From contig DYLE01000001.1 in assembly GCA_020722245.1 (NCBI GenBank), forward strand, positions 1-46,753: a stretch of DNA of 46,753 nucleotides. The letters are read 5' to 3'. Shown here one piece after another: positions 18,601 through 26,023 of this stretch. Positions within the stretch are counted from its first letter, which is position 1. Each line of letters starts with the position of its first letter. The position numbers and the translations under genes were made by a program. This DNA comes from Desulfonema limicola. Its GTDB lineage: Bacteria; Desulfobacterota; Desulfobacteria; Desulfobacterales; Desulfosalsimonadaceae. Under the pieces are notes generated by a model. It worked only from the letters and a program-made list of their open reading frames with translations, was not told where the DNA came from and searched no databases.

Positions 18601-19981
18601 CAATCTTTTCGGTGGCGAACCATTCCACGCCGTTTGCAAAACCGAAACCCCCCTGGGTGGAACAGAGGGCGCAGAGCGCGGTCCGCATGGCGGCGTAGGC
18701 CGTGGAGGTCGCCGCGAGCCTGTTGTTGTCATGGGTTTCCGCAAAATGGATCAGGATGCCATTTTCGCTTGAAACCCGCACCGCCTCGGGAAGGTAGCGC
18801 TCAATCTGGCTTCGGTCATAGTTCTGGAAAAGTTCGGAATAGGCCCAGTTGAAGTTGGCGGAGTTTAAAATCTCCCGGGTGACGGAGAGTTCGCCCCCCA
18901 GCCCCTCCAGAAAGAAGATCGTATTTGGAAATTCCTCCCTGACCGTGGCCACGATATAGGTCCAGGCCTCTATGGGGATCATGTACCCCGCATCGCACCG
19001 AAACCCGTCCACTCCCCTTCGGCACCAGGTCAAATAGACCTCGGCCATGTATTGCCACAGGGCTTTTTTATGGTAGTCCAGCCGTGTCAAATCCGCCCAG
19101 GTCACCCCCCAGGCGCCGGGAACCTCGATTTTTCCCTCCTTATCCCGGATCAGCCACTCGGGATGGAGTCCGTGAAGCTCCGCGGCCCATCCGGTATGGT
19201 TGGGGGCGATGTCGATGAGGATCTTGCCGTATCGGGCGTGAACCGCATCCACAAGCTCGATAAACTGTTCCAGGGGGGTCGCCTTGGGATCAAAGACCGC
19301 CAGGGCCGGGTCAACGGCGGTGAAATTCAAAGCCGCATAGGGACTTCCGAACCGCCCCATTCGACCATAGGTGGTGGGGATAGGGTTAACCGGCAGCAGG
19401 TGCAGGATGCGGCATCCCAGATGCTCCATGATGAAATCCAGCTGAACAATCAGGTCCCGGAAGGTGCCGGAAGGCGGAATAACGGTGTACCCGGCCTCAT
19501 CCAGTTTTCGGATCGTATCTAGATTCTCCTGTTCGGCCGTAAAGGAGCCATCCTTATTCGGACCGAACTGCCGAACAAAGGCGTTGTAGATGATGTTGCC
19601 GCAGCAGGTGTCGGCCGGTTCGACATTGATGAATACATTGTCGCCGGCCGGCCACACCGGAACCCTTTCGCGGAAGGGAAGAAAGTAGCACTTGGCCTCA
19701 AAGTGACCGGTTTCACAGAGCCCCAGGGTCAGCTCAAACCGGTGTTGACTGATCCGCCTCATGGGTATATCATACCATGCCCGTCCGAGAAGCGGCTCCA
19801 TGTGGGTGACCGCCCGAATGATCTCCTGTCGCTGGGTATGCGCATGCCCGAGGTTGGTTCTCAGCCAGGCTTGACCGGCGATGGCTTCGGGTAGGTCTAG
19901 AGTGAAGGTCAGGGTGTCCCCGCAAAGTTTGATGCGGTGGGCACCGGCCGGGGGTGTTTGAATCAGCTTTAAATTATTCAT
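15671..19981 (-). CDS. 1436-aa fusion: N-terminal GH13 alpha-amylase-family catalytic domain plus bacterial GDE_N and amylo-alpha-1,6-glucosidase (GH133) domains; glycogen-debranching-type enzyme
   Basis: GH13 regions: DIAPNHTG, GVDGFRCDAGYMIP, IFFLEGLGG, HFAETHDNNRLA. The C-terminal half has LFLGTNGRGAMM...YDALL (GDE_N-like), GYPWFLDWGRDTLI and GYPIEIQALWYYAL (GDE_C/GH133 signatures). Confidence 0.88.
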   Translation of the reverse strand: MNNLKLIQTPPAGAHRIKLCGDTLTFTLDLPEAIAGQAWLRTNLGHAHTQRQEIIRAVTHMEPLLGRAWYDIPMRRISQHRFELTLGLCETGHFEAKCYFLPFRERVPVWPAGDNVFINVEPADTCCGNIIYNAFVRQFGPNKDGSFTAEQENLDTIRKLDEAGYTVIPPSGTFRDLIVQLDFIMEHLGCRILHLLPVNPIPTTYGRMGRFGSPYAALNFTAVDPALAVFDPKATPLEQFIELVDAVHARYGKILIDIAPNHTGWAAELHGLHPEWLIRDKEGKIEVPGAWGVTWADLTRLDYHKKALWQYMAEVYLTWCRRGVDGFRCDAGYMIPIEAWTYIVATVREEFPNTIFFLEGLGGELSVTREILNSANFNWAYSELFQNYDRSQIERYLPEAVRVSSENGILIHFAETHDNNRLAATSTAYAAMRTALCALCSTQGGFGFANGVEWFATEKIDVHNACSLNWNADINQVPWIQRINHLLKSHPAFFDQVEIRLIQKGGGNCLTLLRHHIPSGKKLIVLINLDLTHTATAEWDSNDTGIFSNQYIDLLQEESITVNTNHGRLTHDLNPCQVRCLSPDAQDLKTYHGPVISEAALPQQIHHQALRALALDVHRFYHGLIDLEGFDPNAAADELAADPVEFCRRMNPCSEESRVITWNWPQDARRQTLLPPDHFLLIRIDAPFHARIVRQETDSERTLAVAFSLVGNDKVHSALVMPQPVCDHHTAATLKLTIYRKKKVIHVDAPLLYLSRPEQVSVKRVFRRESLFDNPLLFLGTNGRGAMMRAHAAWGRLKSKYDALLAANLHSDFPVDRRMLLIRCRAWIVFQGYSQEISIDSLEDFRVEDGSRCAWRFSIPCGQGQHVVMSVTAQLIAGCNRINLSFSRKAKSSGRTNQLSNKKPVQLIIRPDIDDRNFHENTKAYLGPEHHWRSACAVRPNGFIFKPYSDHLLDVGISSGGFVWEPEWRYMVYLEAEAQRGLDPYTDLFSPGYFSAFLKGNETVRLTASGMETGTFQQTEEPKTHFTAVSRSATPVQQDPLEAMVSALKQYIVRRNEMKTIIAGYPWFLDWGRDTLIVARGLIAAGFVSEAEAILKKFAQFEDNGTLPNMIRGMDATNRDTSDAPLWFFVACKELIRHTGKKNFLTQTCGKRTIQQVLVSIGASYLQGTPNGIHVDSSTSMVFSPAHFTWMDTNHPAATPREGYPIEIQALWYYALKFLAQVDSLNKKCKWADRADQLQRGIKERFYLREAGYFSDCLHAPAGVSADKAEIDDALRPNQLFAITLGAVTDRVMMRAAVRSCESLVVPGALRSLADQAVKRPLKITHHGSLCNDPYHPYQGVYAGDEDSRRKPAYHNGTAWTWIFPSFCEAWARVYGEPGKKTAQSWMGSSSVLMNAGCTGQIPEITDGDYPHAQRGCDAQAWGVSEWIRVWKHLTK

Positions 19982-20298
19982 GGACAGGGTATCAGATCAC
20001 TTTTGGTCCAGGTTTCATGCGCCGGCAGGGCATGATTTGGACATCTTGCAAAACAGGCTTGGGGTTTTAAGTTTTTTGCCGTCAAACCTTCACCCCTGAT
20101 TTGGCCTGATGAATGGCGGTTATCAGATTACAGATTCAGTAAGCATCTAAGATAAATTTTTTATATCAGCGGATTAAATGAGTCAAGGGGGATTGATTGC
20201 CGCGATCAAAAAGTTTTTGTGAATGTGAATATAAAATGGTTTAAACCACCCGCGGCCGAAACCCCACCGGTCCGCGATGGGAAAGGAAAAACAAAAGG

Positions 20299-21639
20299 AT
20301 GAATTTTTTGATTATCGGCGGGGACGCCGCCGGCATGAGCGCTGCCAGCCGGGCCAAGCGGAACGCCCCGGACATGAATGTGACGGTTCTGGAAAAGAGC
20401 ATGGACGTATCCTACAGCGCATGCGGCATGCCTTTTAACATTGCGGACCCCGGCCGGGAAATCGAGGACCTGGTGGTCAGAAGGGCGGAGGTGTTTCGTA
20501 AAAAACAGGGGATTGATCTCCTGACCGGGCATTGCGCGGATACGATCGATACAGCCGCTCGCTTGGTCAAAGGGATTACCCGGGATTCAAAACCGTTTGC
20601 GTTTTCCTATGACAAGCTGCTGATCGCCACCGGAGCATCCCCCATCATGCCGAACATCGAGGGGAATGACCTTCCCGGGGTCATGGCCCTGAAATTTTTA
20701 GACGATGGAAGAAGGCTAAAGAACTACCTCGCCTCCCGGGAGGTCAAGGAGGTGGTGATTCTGGGCATGGGGTATATCGCCCTGGAAATGTGTGAAGCGC
20801 TTCGGGCCAGGCGGATCGAAGTCTCCATGGTGAAACCCAGGCCGGGGTTTCTGCCCTGGATGGATGAGAAGCTGTCGGCCGTCATTCGGCAGACCCTGGA
20901 GAAAAACGGGATCCGGATGTATTCGGGACGCGCCGTGGAACGGATCCGGCAGGCGGGCTCCCGGCTGTCTGTCTGCTGTCCGGATCTGATCCTGGAAGCG
21001 GATCTGGTTTTGGTGAGCATCGGGGTTCGGCCCAACAGCGAGCTGGCCGCCGATGCCGGGATCGCGCTTGGCGTCAAAAAGGCGATCCGCGTGGACCGTG
21101 GCATGAGAACCAGCGATCCGCATGTGTATGCGGCCGGCGATTGCGCCGATTCGTTTCATGCGGTCACCGGGGAGAAGGTCTGGATTCCGCTGGCGCTGCG
21201 CGCCAACCGGGGCGGCTGGGCCGTTGCCGATAACGTGTGCGGAAAGCCGGTGGAGCTGGAAGGGATCGTCGGTACGGCGGTGTTCAAGGTTTTTGATCTT
21301 CAGGTGGCCAGGACCGGGTTGACCGTTGCCGAGGCCGGCCAGGCCGGTTTTTCACCGGCCGAGGTCATTATTCAGGCCAGATCCAGGGCGCATGCCCATC
21401 CGGGGTCATCCGACATCTGGGTTCATATGGTGGGGGATAAAAAAACAGGAAAACTGCTCGGGGTCCAGATGGTGGGGCAGGAGGGGGTGGCCCACCGGAT
21501 CAACGCGGCGGCAGTGGCGCTTCATCAGAAAATGACCGTTGACCGGTTTGCCCAGACCGATCTGGCGTATTCGCCGCCGTTCAGCCCGGTCTGGGATCCC
21601 ATGCTGACCGCGGCGAACCAGCTTTTAAAAAACCTCTGA
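20299..21639 (+). CDS. FAD-dependent pyridine nucleotide-disulfide oxidoreductase, CoA-disulfide reductase / NADH oxidase-peroxidase class
   Basis: Contains FAD fold IIGGDAAGMSAAS, the single redox Cys motif SYSACGMPF, and a second dinucleotide fold VILGMGYIALE. About 446 aa, with no rhodanese extension. Confidence 0.85.
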   Translation: MNFLIIGGDAAGMSAASRAKRNAPDMNVTVLEKSMDVSYSACGMPFNIADPGREIEDLVVRRAEVFRKKQGIDLLTGHCADTIDTAARLVKGITRDSKPFAFSYDKLLIATGASPIMPNIEGNDLPGVMALKFLDDGRRLKNYLASREVKEVVILGMGYIALEMCEALRARRIEVSMVKPRPGFLPWMDEKLSAVIRQTLEKNGIRMYSGRAVERIRQAGSRLSVCCPDLILEADLVLVSIGVRPNSELAADAGIALGVKKAIRVDRGMRTSDPHVYAAGDCADSFHAVTGEKVWIPLALRANRGGWAVADNVCGKPVELEGIVGTAVFKVFDLQVARTGLTVAEAGQAGFSPAEVIIQARSRAHAHPGSSDIWVHMVGDKKTGKLLGVQMVGQEGVAHRINAAAVALHQKMTVDRFAQTDLAYSPPFSPVWDPMLTAANQLLKNL

Positions 21640-21688
21640 CCCGGCAGATCGGTTTGGGATGTTCCGGAAAAACCGGGGTATTGCGCGG

Positions 21689-22465
21689 TTAAATCGGCTC
21701 CCAGACGGTCCGGAGACGGGTAATCTCTTTTTGAGAAGGCTCCCGAATCAGGGAGTGCAAAAACACCTTCCCGGGGTTGGCCTCGATACGCTGAATATTA
21801 CCGGATATCCGGTCCCCCAGCAGGGATTCCCCGGTGTAGATGACGGAGATTTCTTTTAAAAGGTGGGAAGAGAGGATATTTACGGGAAGGCTTTCAATCG
21901 CCCACACCACGTACACCGCGTTGTTCACATGCCGGTTGAAATCCAGGTCATGCATTCCGGCGGAAAAAAAACGGGTGGTCTCCTTCCGGGTGAGGGGCGG
22001 CAGATCGGCCAGGTCGTTGTCGATGGGCTTCTGCCTTCCGGCGATCAGCTCCGGCGGCAGGTTTTTATTCAGCCGGACCGGTTTTTTTGAGCTTAAGCTT
22101 GTCAGCACCCACGAACTTTTGGCGGAAACCATCAGATCGCCTGTTTTATCGCGTATCTCATAGGTTCTCAGCTCATACAGATTTTTGAACGGACAGCGCC
22201 AGGTGCGAAGCAGCAGGTGATCCTTCCATGCCGGGTAGCGGAAGATGGTTACATGGTAGCGGATGATGACCCATGCGAGATTTTTTGCGAGCATGTCCAG
22301 GGCCGAGATGCCCATCACCGTCGCATGATCGCTGGCCACATCCTGCAGGTAGTTAAAGATCATCACCGGTTTGAGCCGGCCCTCCACCCCGGTTTCGGCG
22401 TATTGAACCTCTATTTTTTTTTCATAAACCATGTCTTGCCGCAATCCCGCGTTCGGCTGAAGCAC
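21689..22465 (-). CDS. Acyl-[acyl-carrier-protein] thioesterase
   Basis: Double hot-dog, FatA/B-like. N-terminal YEKKIEVQYAETGVEGRLKPVMIFNYLQDVASDH and second-half FNRHVNNAVY. GTG start 2 nt after the thyX stop; an alternative ATG is at 22432. Confidence 0.85.
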   Translation of the reverse strand: MLQPNAGLRQDMVYEKKIEVQYAETGVEGRLKPVMIFNYLQDVASDHATVMGISALDMLAKNLAWVIIRYHVTIFRYPAWKDHLLLRTWRCPFKNLYELRTYEIRDKTGDLMVSAKSSWVLTSLSSKKPVRLNKNLPPELIAGRQKPIDNDLADLPPLTRKETTRFFSAGMHDLDFNRHVNNAVYVVWAIESLPVNILSSHLLKEISVIYTGESLLGDRISGNIQRIEANPGKVFLHSLIREPSQKEITRLRTVWEPI

Positions 22466-22467
22466 AG

Positions 22468-23271
22468 CTATACCTTCGGGTAGGTAAATTGCCAGACCCC
22501 CGAGGACTCATCACAGGTCATGTCCTGAAAGATATTCGGGTACTCTTTTTTGCAGATTTGCGCGATCTGGCCCGTCACGATGCGGATCTCCTCTTCCGCC
22601 GCCTCCGAGGTGCGCATGGCGATGATGTGACGCCAGGCGCGAAGGTTTCCGGTCACCATGATGGAGGTTCCCAGGCCGATGGGCGCAAGCCTCCTGAAAA
22701 TGGAGGTCAGGTGCTTCTTGGTCGTAAAATCGTTGATCTCCTTTAGCCCGAATATCTCGGCAAGCTCCTTTTGGGTTTTTTCGAGAAAATCCACCACGTC
22801 CCTGAACCGTTCATGCGCCCTGGGGTTTTTTTTGACGGCCTCGGGAAACCAGAAGGAGAGGTCGTCTAAGCGGACATACCGGAGGCTTTCCTGGCTGTAG
22901 GCCATGCCGGCCCGGTGCCTGACCAGTTCATGGGTGAAAACCCGGGATACGTTTCTGCAGATAAAGGTCATGCAGACATGCTCCAGGATCGACCCGTGTC
23001 CGCTTTTTAAGACGTTTCCGGTGTACTGCCGGTTTCCGCGTCGAATATCGGTGACGTTGGGGTTGGTGGCTTCCGGCTTGTCCGGGTCATACGGCTGCCA
23101 GCTCCGGTAACACATTCTGCCCGCCGCCTCGATCAGGTTCTCCCCGTCGGAAACCGCGGAATCCGGCCGCCAGTCCGGGCTGCCGATATCCTTCAGATAG
23201 GCCGCCAGGCCTTCTGCCAGCAGCTGGGTTTTGGCCACAAGGTAGACCTTCGGCTGGTCGATGATGCGCAT
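22468..23271 (-). CDS. thyX: FAD-dependent thymidylate synthase
   Basis: ThyX signature HELVRHRAGMAYSQESLRY (RHR...S.RY). Confidence 0.92.
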   Translation of the reverse strand: MRIIDQPKVYLVAKTQLLAEGLAAYLKDIGSPDWRPDSAVSDGENLIEAAGRMCYRSWQPYDPDKPEATNPNVTDIRRGNRQYTGNVLKSGHGSILEHVCMTFICRNVSRVFTHELVRHRAGMAYSQESLRYVRLDDLSFWFPEAVKKNPRAHERFRDVVDFLEKTQKELAEIFGLKEINDFTTKKHLTSIFRRLAPIGLGTSIMVTGNLRAWRHIIAMRTSEAAEEEIRIVTGQIAQICKKEYPNIFQDMTCDESSGVWQFTYPKV

Positions 23272-23308
23272 GGATTCCCCTTTAAATAAAAATTAAATCA
23301 TGATGGAA

Positions 23309-23655
23309 CAGTAAAAAGTCAAAACTGTTCGCTTCGTGAGTCTTTCGGGGCGCGGTTCGCATTGAATGCGAAATTGCAAGAACTCGGCGCAAGCGCCTCA
23401 AACAGCTTGCAATTTTTAACGCATTCAACGCAAACCGCTTATTTCACCGAAAGCCTCAATCTCGCTCGCAGCTGACTTCCAAAGAACTTATATTTCCCCG
23501 GTTTGAAGAGCGAACAAATTAACCACAGAGAGCACAAAGCACACAGAGAAAAACAGTCAGCCTTTCACCTTCAGCCTTCAGCCTTCTACCTTCAGCCTTC
23601 TTTTTCTGTATAGCGGGATAGATAGCTTTTTACCAATACATCAAATCATGAAACC
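23309..23655 (-). repeat. Copy C of the modular structured intergenic repeat, inverted relative to copies A and B; fills the thyX-lpxR intergenic region
   Basis: Tail cagtaaaaa 23309-23317; P arm1 23318-23352; nested palindrome 23353-23437; P arm2 23438-23476; flank 23477-23528; 42-nt identical block 23513-23554; five heptads 23566-23600; atagcgggata...atgaaacc up to 23655. Confidence 0.85.
23353..23437. repeat. 85-bp nested three-tier palindrome inserted at the apex of palindrome P in copy C
   Basis: cggttcgcattgaatgcg pairs with cgcattcaacgcaaaccg (16/18). aaattgcaag pairs with cttgcaattt (10/10). Apical ggcgc-aa-gcgcc. Absent from copy A, where ggggcg is directly followed by cttatt. Confidence 0.8.
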
Positions 23656-23656
23656 G

Positions 23657-24856
23657 TTAAAATGCAAAGGATATACCGAGACTTCCGAATTCCTGCGATC
23701 CATCCTGCTCATCAAACTCCTTTGTACGAATCACATAGGCGAAGCTTATTTTTAACCGCTCCCAGGTGACACACAGCCCGTTTACAATATCCGCGATAAT
23801 CGGTTTTTTATCGACACTGCTGTTGTTGTCACCGGTAAAGGTGTTGCCGTCTAAAAAGATGTCATGCAGCACGGCCCTCCCTTCAACCGATGAAAACAGG
23901 TGAACGCCGATCCTTTTGGATCCTGTCCCCTTGGGGTTCGGGGCGCCGAAAGCCCCGTTGATGCTGCTGACCGGCCGAATGGGAAAGCTTCCGAAATCAT
24001 CCGGCAGGTTCCAGCCCACCCGAAGCGAAAAACCGAGGTTGTAATAGGTCATGACGTTTCCAAGCCCGCCGCCCGTGTTCAACGCCCCGTCATACCCGAA
24101 CCCGCTTCCGATCCCGGACATGAAGATTTTTTTCTTATGTTCGTAGATGATGCAGATCACCGGTTCATTCTGAAGCTGGTGATCCCACCCCTCGGGCTCA
24201 ACAAAACCGAATAGATCGTGTATCGCCTTTTGGGTTTCTTCCGCGTAGGACTGCGGGCCGACCAGTCCCAGAAGAAGCTCCAGGGAGTCCATATCGCGTC
24301 GGGTTCTGCTGTGAAACCCCATTTCCGTATAGAGCATTCCGGCATAGGGCCGGTCATCCGGGATCCGCTCTTTGATTTCAATATCCTCGGGCGTATACAT
24401 GCTCTGCCCCAGGGAAAACGTGATATTCCTTCGGCGGTCCTTCTGTTTTTCAAACGGAAGGTATTTGATCAGGGGGTAAAGCCATCGATGGGTCCAGGCC
24501 CAGTGGGGATAGTCTTTACGGATGGGGGAGCTCCAGGTCAGTTTTAACCCGTTGGTGTACTGGCTGTCATCGCTTCTACTGACAAAGTTATCGTTTTCGA
24601 GGTACAGGCTGAGGGTGTTGCGGTCTTCTTCAGGAGGGGGTTTAAGCCCTTCTTCGGGAGCAGGACTGGCCTCCTCGACGGGCAAGGTCTCAAGCTCATC
24701 GATGGGGAGGGGTTTTCGTTCCTCAATCGGCAAGGGGCTGGGCGTCTCGTCCAAGTCGGATTCGGCCCGGCAATCAAACGGCGACAGGGCCATGACCATG
24801 ATCAGCGCAAAGGCCAATGGTATGGATTTAAGAGGATGGCTTTTAAACAGCAACAT
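23657..24856 (-). CDS. lpxR: Lipid A 3'-O-deacylase LpxR family outer-membrane protein with an N-terminal acidic Pro/Glu-rich extension
   Basis: Signal peptide, then ETPSPLPIEERKPLPIDELETLPVEEASPAPEEGLKPPPEE, then the LpxR/DUF2219 signature LSLYLENDNFVSRSDDSQYTNGLKLTW. The C-terminal residue is aromatic (F). Confidence 0.8.
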   Translation of the reverse strand: MLLFKSHPLKSIPLAFALIMVMALSPFDCRAESDLDETPSPLPIEERKPLPIDELETLPVEEASPAPEEGLKPPPEEDRNTLSLYLENDNFVSRSDDSQYTNGLKLTWSSPIRKDYPHWAWTHRWLYPLIKYLPFEKQKDRRRNITFSLGQSMYTPEDIEIKERIPDDRPYAGMLYTEMGFHSRTRRDMDSLELLLGLVGPQSYAEETQKAIHDLFGFVEPEGWDHQLQNEPVICIIYEHKKKIFMSGIGSGFGYDGALNTGGGLGNVMTYYNLGFSLRVGWNLPDDFGSFPIRPVSSINGAFGAPNPKGTGSKRIGVHLFSSVEGRAVLHDIFLDGNTFTGDNNSSVDKKPIIADIVNGLCVTWERLKISFAYVIRTKEFDEQDGSQEFGSLGISFAF

Positions 24857-24875
24857 GATGGATCTCCTTTTCCCC

Positions 24876-26012
24876 TTAACATTCTGTTTTTGTCGCTTTA
24901 ACGACCGGTTCCATAATTAAGGTTTCTTTCTTGGAAAACCAGGCTTTTATCACCGCATGGACCAGGGTGGCCAGAGGTATGGCGAAAAACAGCCCCCAGA
25001 CACCCCAGAGACCACCAAACACCAGCACCGCAATGATGATGGTAACCGGATGCAGGTGGACGACTTCGGAGAAGAGAAGGGGCACGAGAATGTTTCCGTC
25101 AAGCACATGGATAACCGCATAGGCGATGAGGACATACGCAAAATCCCGCCCGAATCCCCACTGGAACAAGGCCATCATCCCCACCGGCATCACCATGATG
25201 GTCGCACCGATATAAGGAATCAAAACAGCCAGGCCGATGAAAAATGAGAGCAGCATGGAGAAATGGAGACCTAAAATGCTGAAGGTCGCGTAGCTGACGA
25301 CCCAGACGATGATGATTTCCCATATTTTCCCGCGAACATAGTTGGCGACCTGCCGGTTCACCTCGTGCCAGACCTCTGTTGCCAGCTCCCGGTTTTTTGG
25401 AAGAAACCCCTTGATCCAGTCGATGATTAAGGTTTTATCCTTCAGAAAAAAGAAGACAAGAAACGGGACAAGCACCAGGTAGACCAGAAGGGTGATGATG
25501 TTTCGCACCGAGGCCACTGAAAATACGAGAACGGATTGCCCCAGCCGGGTCAGCTCGGATTTTAAAAACCCGATAAGGCTGCTGATCTGGTATTCTGAGA
25601 TAACCTCAGGATAGCGTTTGGGCAGCTCCATCAGCTTGTTCTGGGTGCCGGCGATCATTTCAGGCAGGTCCCGGATCAGCTCACCGATCTGACGGGAAAG
25701 CAAGGGCAGAAAACCGATCACCAGTACCAGAAGGCAGGCGATGAACAGAAGGAAGGTGATCCATACGGATGCCCTTCGCGGCAGCCTCAGTTTTTCAAGC
25801 CCGCCGACAATCCCTTCCAGGGGGTAGGCGATGACCAGGCTGGCGAAAACCGGGACCAGCATCTCCCCCAGCAGGAAGATGATGAGAAACCCGCTGATCA
25901 GGAAAAACCAGAGGATGACGGTCTGGGGGTCTGCAAAGCGGTTACGGAACCAGTCGCGAAGGATGTTTGCCATTCCCATCCGCCGCGGTTCAACCCTCAG
26001 TCCTTGATACAA
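24876..26012 (-). CDS. AI-2E family (PerM/UPF0118) transporter
   Basis: Polytopic membrane protein of about 8 TM, with family-typical length and C-terminal GLWGVWGLFFAIPLA segment. The start is uncertain: TTG 26012, or ATG about 33-39 nt downstream. Confidence 0.8.
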   Translation of the reverse strand: MYQGLRVEPRRMGMANILRDWFRNRFADPQTVILWFFLISGFLIIFLLGEMLVPVFASLVIAYPLEGIVGGLEKLRLPRRASVWITFLLFIACLLVLVIGFLPLLSRQIGELIRDLPEMIAGTQNKLMELPKRYPEVISEYQISSLIGFLKSELTRLGQSVLVFSVASVRNIITLLVYLVLVPFLVFFFLKDKTLIIDWIKGFLPKNRELATEVWHEVNRQVANYVRGKIWEIIIVWVVSYATFSILGLHFSMLLSFFIGLAVLIPYIGATIMVMPVGMMALFQWGFGRDFAYVLIAYAVIHVLDGNILVPLLFSEVVHLHPVTIIIAVLVFGGLWGVWGLFFAIPLATLVHAVIKAWFSKKETLIMEPVVKATKTEC

Positions 26013-26023
26013 CTCGCTGAGGC

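Noticed and set aside
20193-20235. Possible regulator sites upstream of the CoADR/Nox gene: palindrome TTGAT-N7-ATCAA (20193-20209) and a TTGTGAA half-site resembling a Rex operator (about 20216-20222).
   Set aside because: The arms are only 5 bp. The Rex-like element lacks the inverted TTCACAA half. This is too weak to call.
19982-20298. A search for sigma54 (TGGCAC-N5-TTGC) promoters in the large intergenic regions (19982-20298, 31234-31485, 37634-37976).
   Set aside because: The near matches (for example TGGACCAAAAGTGATC on the minus strand near 19990-20010, and TGGCCTGATGAATGGC near 20102) fail the GG/GC spacing or the GC dinucleotide.
5901-23655. Whether the inverted repeats bracketing 17 kb define a composite transposon or genomic island.
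   Set aside because: There is no transposase, integrase, recombinase or tRNA attachment site, and I could identify no direct target duplications. The enclosed genes are housekeeping-type metabolism with composition similar to the flanks.
24640-24780. A possible tandem DNA repeat in the 5' part of the lpxR homologue.
   Set aside because: It is only an imperfect low-complexity Pro/Glu-rich coding segment (PLPIEE/PLPIDE). There are no clean nucleotide-level tandem units.
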